IMG/VR virus record: IMGVR_UViG_2565956762_000001
Coordinates: 1-39,559 of that record
Length of the DNA stretch: 39,559 nucleotides
Source: a virus
Lineage: Duplodnaviria > Heunggongvirae > Uroviricota > Caudoviricetes
Reading direction: 5' to 3' (one strand)
In this document: one piece after another, positions 17,379-26,039 of the stretch
Layout: each line of letters begins with the position of its first letter
Position numbering within the stretch: position 1 is the stretch's first letter
Notes under the pieces: model-generated
Databases searched by the model: none
What the model was told of the DNA's origin: nothing
The model's input: the letters and a program-made list of their open reading frames with translations, nothing else
Program-made: the position numbers and the translations under genes

Positions 17379-17466
17379 CACAAAAGGAAGAGCGTTAGGT
17401 GAATCGGCGATACTGCCCCACAAGCCCGTTAATCGATAGAGGTAGACTAGCGCTCTTCCTTTTGTG
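17379..17466. repeat. 16-bp perfect inverted repeat with 56-nt spacer in the late leader
   Basis: CACAAAAGGAAGAGCG (17379..17394) and its exact reverse complement CGCTCTTCCTTTTGTG (17451..17466). Confidence 0.6.
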
Positions 17467-17789
17467 CTGAATTAAGCGAATACCGGAAGCAGAACCGGAT
17501 CATCAAATGCGTACAGGCGTCATAGCCGCCCAGCAACAGCACAACCCAAACTGAGCCGTAGCCACTGGCTATCCTGAATTCATCAGTGATAGTTACGCTG
17601 CGGCCTTCTACACATGATCTTCGTGAAAGCGGGCGGCATGAGGTTGCGCTAACAACCTCCTGCCGTTTTGCCCGTGCATATCGGTCACGAACAAATCTGA
17701 TTACTAAACACAGTAGCCTGGATTTGTTCTATCAGTAATCGACCTTATTCCTAATTAAATAGAGCAAATCCCCTTATTGGGGGTAAGAC

Positions 17790-18113
17790 ATGAAGATGCC
17801 AGAAAAACATGACCTGTTAGCCGCCATTCTCGCGGCAAAGGAACAAGGCATCGGGGCAATCCTTGCGTTTGCAATGGCGTACCTTCGCGGCAGATATAAT
17901 GGCGGTGCGTTTACAAAAACAGTAATCGACGCAACGATGTGCGCCATTATCGCCTGGTTCATTCGTGACCTTCTCGACTTCGCCGGACTAAGTAGCAATC
18001 TCGCTTATATAACGAGCGTGTTCATCGGCTACATCGGTACTGACTCGATTGGTTCGCTTATCAAACGCTTCGCTGCTAAAAAAGCCGGAGTAGAAGATGG
18101 TGGAAATCAATAA
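17790..18113 (+). CDS. S: Holin S (class I, dual-start MKM motif)
   Basis: 107-aa ORF recognised as lambda S; Met1-Lys2-Met3 dual start retained. Confidence 0.95.
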   Translation: MKMPEKHDLLAAILAAKEQGIGAILAFAMAYLRGRYNGGAFTKTVIDATMCAIIAWFIRDLLDFAGLSSNLAYITSVFIGYIGTDSIGSLIKRFAAKKAGVEDGGNQ

Positions 18114-18573
18114 TCAACGTAAGGCGTTCCTCGATATGCTGGCGTGGTCAGAGGGAACTGATAACGGACGGCAGAAAACCAGAAATCATGGTTATGACGT
18201 CATTGTAGGCGGAGAGCTATTCACTGATTACTCCGATCACCCTCGCAAACTTGTCACGCTAAACCCAAAACTCAAATCAACAGCCGCCGGACGTTACCAG
18301 CTTCTTTCCCGTTGGTGGGATGCCTACCGTAAGCAGCTTGGCCTGAAAGACTTCTCTCCGAAAAGCCAGGACGCTGTGGCATTGCAGCAGATTAAGGAGC
18401 GTGGCGCTTTGCCGATGATTGATCGCGGTGATATCCGTCAGGCTATCGACCGTTGCAGCAATATCTGGGCTTCACTGCCGGGCGCTGGTTATGGTCAGTT
18501 CGAGCATAAGGCTGACAGCCTGATTGCAAAATTCAAAGAAGTGGGCGGAACGGTCAGAGAGATTGAGGTATGA
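18097..18573 (+). CDS. R: Endolysin R (lytic transglycosylase)
   Basis: 158-aa [27 protein letters not shown]… recognised as lambda R. Confidence 0.95.
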   Translation: MVEINNQRKAFLDMLAWSEGTDNGRQKTRNHGYDVIVGGELFTDYSDHPRKLVTLNPKLKSTAAGRYQLLSRWWDAYRKQLGLKDFSPKSQDAVALQQIKERGALPMIDRGDIRQAIDRCSNIWASLPGAGYGQFEHKADSLIAKFKEVGGTVREIEV

Positions 18574-19007
18574 GCAGATTAACCACGATTATCTCCGCTC
18601 TGATTATCTGCATCATCGTCTGCCTGTCATGGGCTGTTAATCATTACCGTGATAATGCAATCGCCTACAAAGAGCAGCGCGATAAGGCCACATCCACAAT
18701 CGCTGACATGCAGAAGCGTCAACGTGACGTAGCAGAACTCGATGCCAGATATACAAAGGAGCTTGCTGATGCTAACGCGACTATCGAAAGTCTCCGTTTT
18801 GATGTTTCTGCTGGGCGTAAGCGCCTGCAAGTCGCCGCCACCTGTGCAAAGTCAACGACCGGAGCCAGCAGCATGGGCGATGGAGAAAGCCCAAGACTTA
18901 CAGCAGATGCTGAACTCAATTATTACCGTCTCCGAAGTGGAATCGACAAGATAACCGCGCAGGTTAACTACCTGCAGGAATACATCAGGACGCAATGCCT
19001 TCGATGA
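18570..19007 (+). CDS. Rz: Spanin inner-membrane subunit Rz
   Basis: 145-aa ORF with N-terminal TM helix and coiled-coil periplasmic part; ATGA overlap with R. Confidence 0.9.
   Translation: MSRLTTIISALIICIIVCLSWAVNHYRDNAIAYKEQRDKATSTIADMQKRQRDVAELDARYTKELADANATIESLRFDVSAGRKRLQVAATCAKSTTGASSMGDGESPRLTADAELNYYRLRSGIDKITAQVNYLQEYIRTQCLR
18769..18954 (+). CDS. Rz1: Spanin outer-membrane lipoprotein Rz1 (embedded in Rz, +1 frame)
   Basis: AAAGGA RBS 8 nt upstream of ATG; signal peptide ending in lipobox-like VSAC followed by proline-rich [13 protein letters not shown]. Confidence 0.65.
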   Translation: MLTRLSKVSVLMFLLGVSACKSPPPVQSQRPEPAAWAMEKAQDLQQMLNSIITVSEVESTR

Positions 19008-19172
19008 TAGCGATAATTTTACTCATCATCCTTCACATCTGGCTCTGTAGACAGGGTGGTGGTCACTTCTGGAGTGAATCCAGATTAAACATCTCATTGC
19101 TGATGCTTGATATTGAGCATCTTGCGCGCAGTAAGGGGCTGCGTTGAGATAAGAGCCAGTTCATTACAAATA

Positions 19173-19196
19173 TCAGGATTTAGCCTCGCATTTGCG
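19173..19196 (+). terminator. Candidate intrinsic terminator downstream of the lysis cassette
   Basis: Hairpin gcctcgc-attt-gcggggc (one G·U) followed by TTTTTT. Confidence 0.4.
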
Positions 19197-19351
19197 GGGC
19201 TTTTTTACATCTGCAGTAAACCGCGCATCGCAGCGCGTAACAATCCCGAGTCTTTCAGAAAGCTGAGCCTGAGAATTGCCGTATATGGTGGCGACCATCT
19301 CGGGGCGGCTTTTCTGTGCGAACAGGCTCATCTTTCTAAAAGGTAAACGCT

Positions 19352-19837
19352 ATGAATAACTTTGTTGAAATTACCTCAAGAATTGGTCGCATGTACCAAG
19401 ATTTTCTTATAAGTGGAAAGGGGTCTGGCGACATCATAGAGGAAATTGACAAGCTAAGTGCAGAGCTGAGAAGGAATGGGTGTGTTAATTCTATCTTTTT
19501 TGAAACTTTGCTAAAGCAAGGCTTCATGTTTGACATGATTAATTACAACAAAGTCGCACCCAGTGCTTCGCAAAAATCATATGTGTACGTTCTGCATGCT
19601 GAAGATAGTGGGCTAACAAAAATAGGGTTTAGTCGCAGGGTTAATAAACGAATTTCAGAGATATCTCGCATGAGTGGTGGGAAGCTAAATCTAATTGCAA
19701 AGATTCCGGCCGATAGAGAGCTTGAAACCAAATTGCACCAAAAATATTACAACTATAGGTCGCACGGGGAGTGGTTTAGCCTCAATCGTTGTCATTTGAA
19801 AGAGCTAAAAGAAATTCCTGGTAACGAACTGAAATAA
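19352..19837 (+). CDS. Second T5orf172-domain (GIY-YIG-like) protein, between Rz and terminase
   Basis: 161-aa ORF; …SYVYVLHAEDSGLTKIGFSRRVNKRISEISR…GEWFSL… fits the T5orf172 pattern; about 65-aa N-terminal extension of unknown function. Confidence 0.7.
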   Translation: MNNFVEITSRIGRMYQDFLISGKGSGDIIEEIDKLSAELRRNGCVNSIFFETLLKQGFMFDMINYNKVAPSASQKSYVYVLHAEDSGLTKIGFSRRVNKRISEISRMSGGKLNLIAKIPADRELETKLHQKYYNYRSHGEWFSLNRCHLKELKEIPGNELK

Positions 19838-20084
19838 TCCCCGGACTCACCAATTAACAGCAGTACCACGAAGCAACCCAAGCCAGTAAGTGGGGAAATA
19901 ACACTGGCAGCCACTGAAAGATGAACCTCCTGCCTGATGGCAAAAAAGATTCTTTGTGGTGGCGGACTGATGGAAAGACATCGGTTATTGCAGAGACCAT
20001 TCAATGAGTGGTCTCGACAATGGCTTATACCCTACACGGGATAACTTAACTGATATCCCTTTTAACGGATAAACGGAGCCAACA

Positions 20085-20327
20085 ATGGCAGAGATTATTC
20101 CCATGACTGAAGAACAGAAATTCCAGTTAGAGATTTACAAACTGGTCATGAACCAGAACGCAGCCGCGGAGGAAGCATTTCAATTCATTGGCACTGACGA
20201 ACTGAAGCTTGAGCTATTCAAAATTCACTTCCAGTCAGGCGGCGCTAATTCAGATATCACGACCCGCACTATCGAAGCGGTGCGTAAATCGAAGGAAGCG
20301 TTAGACCTGTTCACCACCGGAGCATGA
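20085..20327 (+). CDS. Hypothetical protein (80 aa)
   Basis: ORF with GGAG-type RBS (…aacggagccaacaATG). Confidence 0.45.
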   Translation: MAEIIPMTEEQKFQLEIYKLVMNQNAAAEEAFQFIGTDELKLELFKIHFQSGGANSDITTRTIEAVRKSKEALDLFTTGA

Positions 20328-20328
20328 T

Positions 20329-20502
20329 GTGAGCCGCGTAATCAATTTGGGTAAGGAGAAGAAATTCCCAATTACTCAAGAGCTATACGAGCGGCTGGAA
20401 AGCGTCATCCATGATTACGATGGTGAAATCAGTTTATGCGAGGCGATTGGTACACTCGAATTACTGAAGCAGTCACTGATTGAGGCCGCGAAAGAGTCCT
20501 CA
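20329..20502 (+). CDS. Hypothetical small protein (57 aa, GTG start), below the ORF-track cutoff
   Basis: Hand-translated VSRVINLGKEKKFPITQELYERLESVIHDYDGEISLCEAIGTLELLKQSLIEAAKESSA; start overlaps the upstream stop. Confidence 0.3.
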
Positions 20503-20533
20503 GCCTGAAATGACAATTAAGTGAGATGAATAT

Positions 20534-20560
20534 GGCAGCACTCAACATGCTGCCTTTTAT
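20534..20560 (+). terminator. Intrinsic terminator ending the plus-strand small-gene pair
   Basis: 7-bp stem ggcagca-(7 nt)-tgctgcc followed by TTTTAT. Confidence 0.5.
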
Positions 20561-20571
20561 CGTTGATTAGT

Positions 20572-20811
20572 TTAACCGCGAGCTTCACGACCGTTTTCGT
20601 CTTCAGGCACACGGAAACGCCAGTACTTATCTGGCTTAACCCAAACAACACTTTCACCGCTATCAACCCTGAATTTATTAATCACTTTTGTTGATAGCGC
20701 TTGGTTGCCATCCGCATTTTCTTTGAGGTGCTGCTCGTTATGTTGTTTAACGAGATAATCCACAACATCCTGCTGATAAAGGCAACCCTCTGTTGATAAA
20801 ACGGACATCAT
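20572..20811 (-). CDS. Hypothetical protein (79 aa), opposite strand to flanking operons
   Basis: Intact minus-strand ORF in the island between lysis and terminase genes. Confidence 0.45.
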   Translation of the reverse strand: MMSVLSTEGCLYQQDVVDYLVKQHNEQHLKENADGNQALSTKVINKFRVDSGESVVWVKPDKYWRFRVPEDENGREARG

Positions 20812-20855
20812 CCATGATGAAATATCATCAAGAGTTAAGGTTGGTGTGTTTGGGA

Positions 20856-21038
20856 CTATGGCTTTGGGGTAACGCGCTCAAGAGATTCCGGTTTGAAATA
20901 TCCTTGCTCAAGCTTCTTGCCAGCAAACCATTGACAAAGAAAAGAGTTACCGTGGGTAGATGAAAATGACCTGATAGTCATGTCAGGTCCGCCTGATTTC
21001 AGTTTAACAATGTCACCTGTTTTAAAGTCATCGTTCAT
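20856..21038 (-). CDS. DUF2158 (YodC-like) small protein
   Basis: Product from internal Met MNDDFKTGDIVKLKSGGPDMTI…; strong AAGGAGAT RBS 6 nt upstream. Confidence 0.55.
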   Translation of the reverse strand: MNDDFKTGDIVKLKSGGPDMTIRSFSSTHGNSFLCQWFAGKKLEQGYFKPESLERVTPKP

Positions 21039-21064
21039 AACAATCTCCTTATGGGAAGTAAAAA

Positions 21065-21592
21065 ATGGCACTCACCGACAAACAAGAAATGTTCTGTCGC
21101 GAGTACCTCATCGATTTAAATGCCACGCAAGCGGCTATTCGGGCGGGGTACAGCGCAAAGACAGCTAACCGTACCGCATCCGAAAACATGTCAAAACCTG
21201 ACATCCAATTCAGAATCGCCGAACTGAAAGCGCAACGCAATGATCTTGTTGGTATTAATGCAGAATATGTGCTTAATCGCCTTATTGAAATCGATCAGAT
21301 GGATGTGCTCGACATTCTCCTGCAAAACGGTGAGCTAAAACCAATTAAAGACTGGCCTAAGGTATGGCGCACAACGCTATCAGGAATGGATGTCGTGGAG
21401 ATGGTATCTGCAGATAGCACCGCACTTCTGAAGAAAATCAAATGGCCTGATAAGGTCAAAAATCTCGAACTTCTTGGTAAGCATGTTTCCGTTCAGGCGT
21501 TTAAAGAACAAGCTTCTCACGAGCTAACCGGCAAAGACGGCGGCGCAATCCAGATTGAAACATCACCGATGAGCACTCTATTCGGAAAATGA
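21065..21592 (+). CDS. Terminase small subunit
   Basis: 175-aa ORF directly upstream of and ATGA-coupled to the large terminase; N-terminal HTH-like region. Confidence 0.75.
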   Translation: MALTDKQEMFCREYLIDLNATQAAIRAGYSAKTANRTASENMSKPDIQFRIAELKAQRNDLVGINAEYVLNRLIEIDQMDVLDILLQNGELKPIKDWPKVWRTTLSGMDVVEMVSADSTALLKKIKWPDKVKNLELLGKHVSVQAFKEQASHELTGKDGGAIQIETSPMSTLFGK

Positions 21593-23001
21593 CCTCGATT
21601 AATCCTATCTTTGAACCGTTCATTGAGGCGCATCGCTACAAAGTCGCCAAAGGCGGTCGAGGTAGCGGCAAATCATGGGCAATTGCGAGGCTGCTTGTTG
21701 AAGCGGCGCGTCGTCAGCCAGTGCGTATTCTCTGCGCTCGTGAACTGCAAAACAGTATCAGCGATTCGGTAATCCGGTTGCTTGAAGATACCATCGAGCG
21801 TGAAGGGTATTCGGCTGAGTTTGAAATTCAGCGTTCAATGATCCGTCATCTCGGAACGAATGCTGAATTCATGTTCTACGGCATAAAAAACAACCCGACG
21901 AAGATTAAATCGCTCGAAGGCATTGATATCTGCTGGGTGGAAGAAGCGGAAGCGGTAACGAAGGAATCATGGGATATCCTGATACCAACCATCCGTAAGC
22001 CGTTCTCTGAAATATGGGTGAGCTTCAACCCGAAAAACATCCTCGACGATACCTATCAGCGATTCGTCGTAAACCCTCCTGATGATATTTGCCTGCTGAC
22101 GGTGAACTACACCGACAACCCGCACTTTCCTGAAGTCCTCCGTCTGGAGATGGAAGAGTGCAAACGCAGAAATCCGACACTGTATCGTCACATCTGGCTT
22201 GGTGAGCCGGTAAGCGCAAGTGATATGGCAATCATCAAACGTGAATGGCTTGAAGCCGCAACCGATGCGCACAAGAAACTAGGATGGAAAGCGAAAGGCG
22301 CTGTTGTTTCTGCACATGACCCGTCAGATACAGGACCAGATGCTAAAGGTTATGCATCGCGTCACGGTTCGGTAGTTAAGCGCATTGCCGAAGGTCTGCT
22401 GATGGACATCAATGAAGGTGCTGACTGGGCTACTTCGCTGGCGATTGAAGACGGCGCTGACCATTACCTGTGGGATGGTGATGGTGTTGGTGCCGGGCTA
22501 CGCAGACAGACAACGGAAGCGTTCTCCGGCAAGAAAATCACCGCCACGATGTTCAAGGGCAGCGAATCGCCATTCGATGAAGATGCACCGTATCAGGCCG
22601 GAGCATGGGCCGATGAAGTCGTACAGGGCGACAACGTTCGCACTATTGGCGATGTATTCCGCAATAAGCGAGCGCAATTCTATTACGCGCTGGCTGACAG
22701 ACTGTATCTGACATATCGGGCGGTTGTCCACGGTGAGTATGCAGACCCCGACGACATGCTGAGTTTCGACAAAGAAGTGATAGGCGAGAAGATGCTGGAG
22801 AGGCTGTTTGCAGAACTGACGCAGATTCAGCGCAAATTCAATAATAACGGGAAGCTGGAGCTTATGACTAAGGTCGAAATGAAGCAGAAGCTCGGTATTC
22901 CATCTCCTAACCTGGCTGATGCGCTGATGATGTGTATGCATTGCCCGGCATTGGTCCGCGAAGAAACTGAAATATACGTTCCCTCATCCTCCGGTTGGTA
23001 A
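21589..23001 (+). CDS. Terminase large subunit (ATPase/nuclease)
   Basis: 470-aa ORF with Walker A-like KGGRGSGKS near the N-terminus. Confidence 0.9.
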   Translation: MTSINPIFEPFIEAHRYKVAKGGRGSGKSWAIARLLVEAARRQPVRILCARELQNSISDSVIRLLEDTIEREGYSAEFEIQRSMIRHLGTNAEFMFYGIKNNPTKIKSLEGIDICWVEEAEAVTKESWDILIPTIRKPFSEIWVSFNPKNILDDTYQRFVVNPPDDICLLTVNYTDNPHFPEVLRLEMEECKRRNPTLYRHIWLGEPVSASDMAIIKREWLEAATDAHKKLGWKAKGAVVSAHDPSDTGPDAKGYASRHGSVVKRIAEGLLMDINEGADWATSLAIEDGADHYLWDGDGVGAGLRRQTTEAFSGKKITATMFKGSESPFDEDAPYQAGAWADEVVQGDNVRTIGDVFRNKRAQFYYALADRLYLTYRAVVHGEYADPDDMLSFDKEVIGEKMLERLFAELTQIQRKFNNNGKLELMTKVEMKQKLGIPSPNLADALMMCMHCPALVREETEIYVPSSSGW

Positions 23002-23003
23002 AC

Positions 23004-25130
23004 ATGGCAGAGACATTAGAGAAAAAACATGAGCGGATCATGCTCAGGTTTGACCGCGCCTATTCTCCACAGCAGGAAGTGCGCGAAAAGTGCATTGAAG
23101 CTACGAGGTTTGCTCGTGTCCCGGGAGGTCAATGGGAAGGAGCAACGGCGGCTGGAACTAAGCTTGATGAGCAGTTCGAGAAGTATCCTAAGTTTGAAAT
23201 CAATAAGGTTGCAACTGAACTTAACCGCATCATTGCAGAATACCGCAATAACAGAATCACCGTTAAGTTTCGTCCTGGTGACAGAGAGGCAAGCGAAGAG
23301 TTAGCCAATAAATTAAATGGTCTGTTCCGTGCTGACTACGAAGAAACTGATGGCGGTGAGGCTTGCGATAATGCATTTGACGACGCTGCTACTGGTGGTT
23401 TCGGTTGCTTCCGTTTGACGTCGATGCTGGTCAATGAATACGACCCCATGGACGATCGTCAGCGTATTGCTATTGAACCAATATACGACCCGTCGCGCTC
23501 TGTGTGGTTTGACCCTGACGCTAAGAAGTACGACAAATCTGACGCGTTGTGGGCGTTCTGCATGTATTCGTTGTCACCTGAAAAATATGAGGCTGAATAC
23601 GGAAAGAAACCTCCTGCTTCTCTGGATGTAACGTCTATGACCAGTTGGGAATATGACTGGTTTGATGAAGATGTTATTTACATAGCGAAGTATTACGAAG
23701 TTCGTAAAGAGTCTGTTGACGTCATCAGTTATCGACATCCAATCACTGGAGAGATTGCAACATACGACAGTGATCAGGTTGAAGATATTGAAGATGAACT
23801 GGCAATAGCTGGATTTCAGGAAGTGGCAAGGCGCTCAGTGAAGCGCCGTCGTGTGTATGTATCCGTAGTGGATGGTGATGGTTTCCTTGAGAAACCTCGA
23901 CGTATTCCTGGTGAACATATCCCCCTCATCCCGGTTTATGGAAAACGCTGGTTCATTGATGACATTGAGCGTGTCGAAGGGCACATTGCAAAAGCAATGG
24001 ATCCACAACGTTTGTACAACCTTCAGGTTTCAATGCTGGCTGATACTGCAGCGCAAGACCCCGGTCAGATCCCTATAGTTGGCATGGAGCAAATTCGTGG
24101 ACTTGAGAAGCACTGGGAGGCTCGCAACAAGAAACGCCCAGCGTTCTTGCCGTTGCGCGAAGTGAGAGATAAATCTGGCAACATTATCGCTGGAGCTACC
24201 CCTGCAGGATATACACAGCCTGCGGTTATGAATCAGGCATTGGCTGCATTACTACAGCAAACCAGTGCAGATATTCAGGAGGTTACAGGCGGCAGTCAGG
24301 CCATGCAGCAGATGCCAAGTAATATTGCTCAGGAAACGGTTAACAACTTGATGAACAGAGCAGATATGGCTTCGTTTATCTATCTGGACAATATGGCGAA
24401 AAGTCTTAAACGCGCTGGTGAAGTATGGCTGTCAATGGCGCGTGAAGTGTACGGTTCAGAACGTGAAGTGCGCATCGTCAACGAAGATGGAAGTGATGAT
24501 ATCGCTGTCCTGAGCGCACAGGTTGTTGACAGGCAAACAGGGGCTGTTGTTGCGTTAAATGACCTTTCTGTCGGTCGATACGATGTGACGGTTGATGTTG
24601 GACCAAGCTACACAGCACGACGTGATGCAACGGTTTCTGTACTGACAAATGTCCTTAGCTCTATGCTTCCAACAGACCCAATGCGCCCGGCAATTCAGGG
24701 TATTATTCTGGACAATATCGATGGCGAAGGCCTTGATGACTTCAAAGAGTACAACCGAAACCAACTGCTGATATCTGGTATTGCAAAACCACGCAATGAG
24801 AAAGAGCAGCAGATTGTTCAACAGGCGCAAATGGCAGCACAAAGCCAGCCAAATCCTGAAATGGTTCTCGCTCAGGCGCAAATGGTAGCAGCGCAGGCAG
24901 AAGCGCAAAAAGCAACTAACGAAACTGCTCAAACTCAAATCAAAGCATTTACTGCCCAGCAGGATGCGATGGAGAGTCAGGCAAACACTGTCTATAAACT
25001 GGCTCAAGCCAGAAACATCGATGACAAAGCAGTGATGGAGGCAATACGCCTTCTGAAAGATGTCGCCGAGTCACAACAACAGCAATTCCAGTCACCACCA
25101 CAGTCACCGGCAGACTTAATGCCGAGTTAA
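23004..25130 (+). CDS. Portal protein (P22/Sf6-like)
   Basis: About 709-aa ORF following the terminase; size and position match P22-like portals; start taken at the ATG after the terminase stop. Confidence 0.8.
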   Translation: MAETLEKKHERIMLRFDRAYSPQQEVREKCIEATRFARVPGGQWEGATAAGTKLDEQFEKYPKFEINKVATELNRIIAEYRNNRITVKFRPGDREASEELANKLNGLFRADYEETDGGEACDNAFDDAATGGFGCFRLTSMLVNEYDPMDDRQRIAIEPIYDPSRSVWFDPDAKKYDKSDALWAFCMYSLSPEKYEAEYGKKPPASLDVTSMTSWEYDWFDEDVIYIAKYYEVRKESVDVISYRHPITGEIATYDSDQVEDIEDELAIAGFQEVARRSVKRRRVYVSVVDGDGFLEKPRRIPGEHIPLIPVYGKRWFIDDIERVEGHIAKAMDPQRLYNLQVSMLADTAAQDPGQIPIVGMEQIRGLEKHWEARNKKRPAFLPLREVRDKSGNIIAGATPAGYTQPAVMNQALAALLQQTSADIQEVTGGSQAMQQMPSNIAQETVNNLMNRADMASFIYLDNMAKSLKRAGEVWLSMAREVYGSEREVRIVNEDGSDDIAVLSAQVVDRQTGAVVALNDLSVGRYDVTVDVGPSYTARRDATVSVLTNVLSSMLPTDPMRPAIQGIILDNIDGEGLDDFKEYNRNQLLISGIAKPRNEKEQQIVQQAQMAAQSQPNPEMVLAQAQMVAAQAEAQKATNETAQTQIKAFTAQQDAMESQANTVYKLAQARNIDDKAVMEAIRLLKDVAESQQQQFQSPPQSPADLMPS

Positions 25131-25143
25131 CCAGGAGTAATCA

Positions 25144-26028
25144 ATGGAAAACGAACTGATCATCGACGGTCAGGTTATTGACCTGTCTGAAACACAGGAA
25201 AATGCAGAAGAAACCATCATCCAAACAGAGTCACAGCCTGAGAATGAAAGCCAGGATGACAACGGTAAAGAGGTGGCAACTGATCCTGAAAAAACCGAAG
25301 AGACACCAGAAGATTACGCCTTGCGTATTGGTGATGAAGAAATTCAGCTTAACGCTGACGATGATGATCACATTGACGGGCAACCTGCACCGCAATGGGT
25401 GAAAGATCTTCGCAAAGGCTTCAAAGAAACACAGAAAGAAAATCGTGAGTTGCGCCGCCAGCTTGAGGAAGCATTAGCCAAGCCTGCGGAACATCAGCAA
25501 CCACAACCAGACGCTATTCCACCAAAACCGACTCTTGAGTCGTGTGATTATGACGAACAGGCGTTTGAACAGGCATTGACTGATTGGCATGAGAAAAAAG
25601 GCCGTGTCGAACAGCAGCAGCAACAAAAACTACGTCAGCAACAGGAATACCAACAGCGTTTCCAGCAAAGGGTAGAAGCGCATAAACAACGGGCAGCCAA
25701 ACTTCCTGTGAAAGATTATCAGGAAATGGAGGCCATTGTTCTTAGTGAGCTACCACCAATTCAGCAGGAAATCATCATTCACTGTGCAGACGAAGGCTCT
25801 GAACTACTCGCCTATGGCTTAGGTAAGAGCCAGCAATTACGCCAGCGTGTAGCCGCTGAGACAGATCCAATTCGCGCAGCATTCCTCTTGGGGCAGATTA
25901 GCAAACAGGTAAGCCTTGCTCCAAAACCAAAGAAAGCCATCAAGCCAGAGCCGGAAGTACGTGGTGGCGGTGCTGATGCGAAACAAGACGAATTCAACAA
26001 ATTATGCCCCGGCGCAAAAATCGAATAA
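25144..26028 (+). CDS. Scaffolding protein
   Basis: 294-aa acidic, Q/E-rich, coiled-coil-like ORF between portal and coat. Confidence 0.7.
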   Translation: MENELIIDGQVIDLSETQENAEETIIQTESQPENESQDDNGKEVATDPEKTEETPEDYALRIGDEEIQLNADDDDHIDGQPAPQWVKDLRKGFKETQKENRELRRQLEEALAKPAEHQQPQPDAIPPKPTLESCDYDEQAFEQALTDWHEKKGRVEQQQQQKLRQQQEYQQRFQQRVEAHKQRAAKLPVKDYQEMEAIVLSELPPIQQEIIIHCADEGSELLAYGLGKSQQLRQRVAAETDPIRAAFLLGQISKQVSLAPKPKKAIKPEPEVRGGGADAKQDEFNKLCPGAKIE

Positions 26029-26039
26029 GGAAAAGATAA

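Noticed and set aside
17341-17470. Possible tRNA between Q and S, as found in some Stx-type lambdoid phages
   Set aside because: No T-arm GTTCGAATC-like motif or cloverleaf; the structures are better explained as a terminator plus a long inverted repeat.
19107-19346. 79-aa plus-strand ORF after Rz
   Set aside because: Spans a candidate terminator hairpin, has no convincing RBS and a low-complexity sequence; probably non-coding leader of the T5orf172 gene.
19792-20004. 70-aa minus-strand ORF overlapping the 3' end of the T5orf172 gene
   Set aside because: Overlaps a better-supported gene antisense and is Cys/Ser/Pro-rich low complexity.
22498-22941. 147-aa minus-strand ORF (and 21967..22272, 22025..22231) inside the large terminase gene
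   Set aside because: Antisense to a confidently assigned essential gene; no independent support.
24555-25007. 150-aa minus-strand ORF inside the portal gene
   Set aside because: Antisense shadow ORF, Cys/Leu-rich low complexity.
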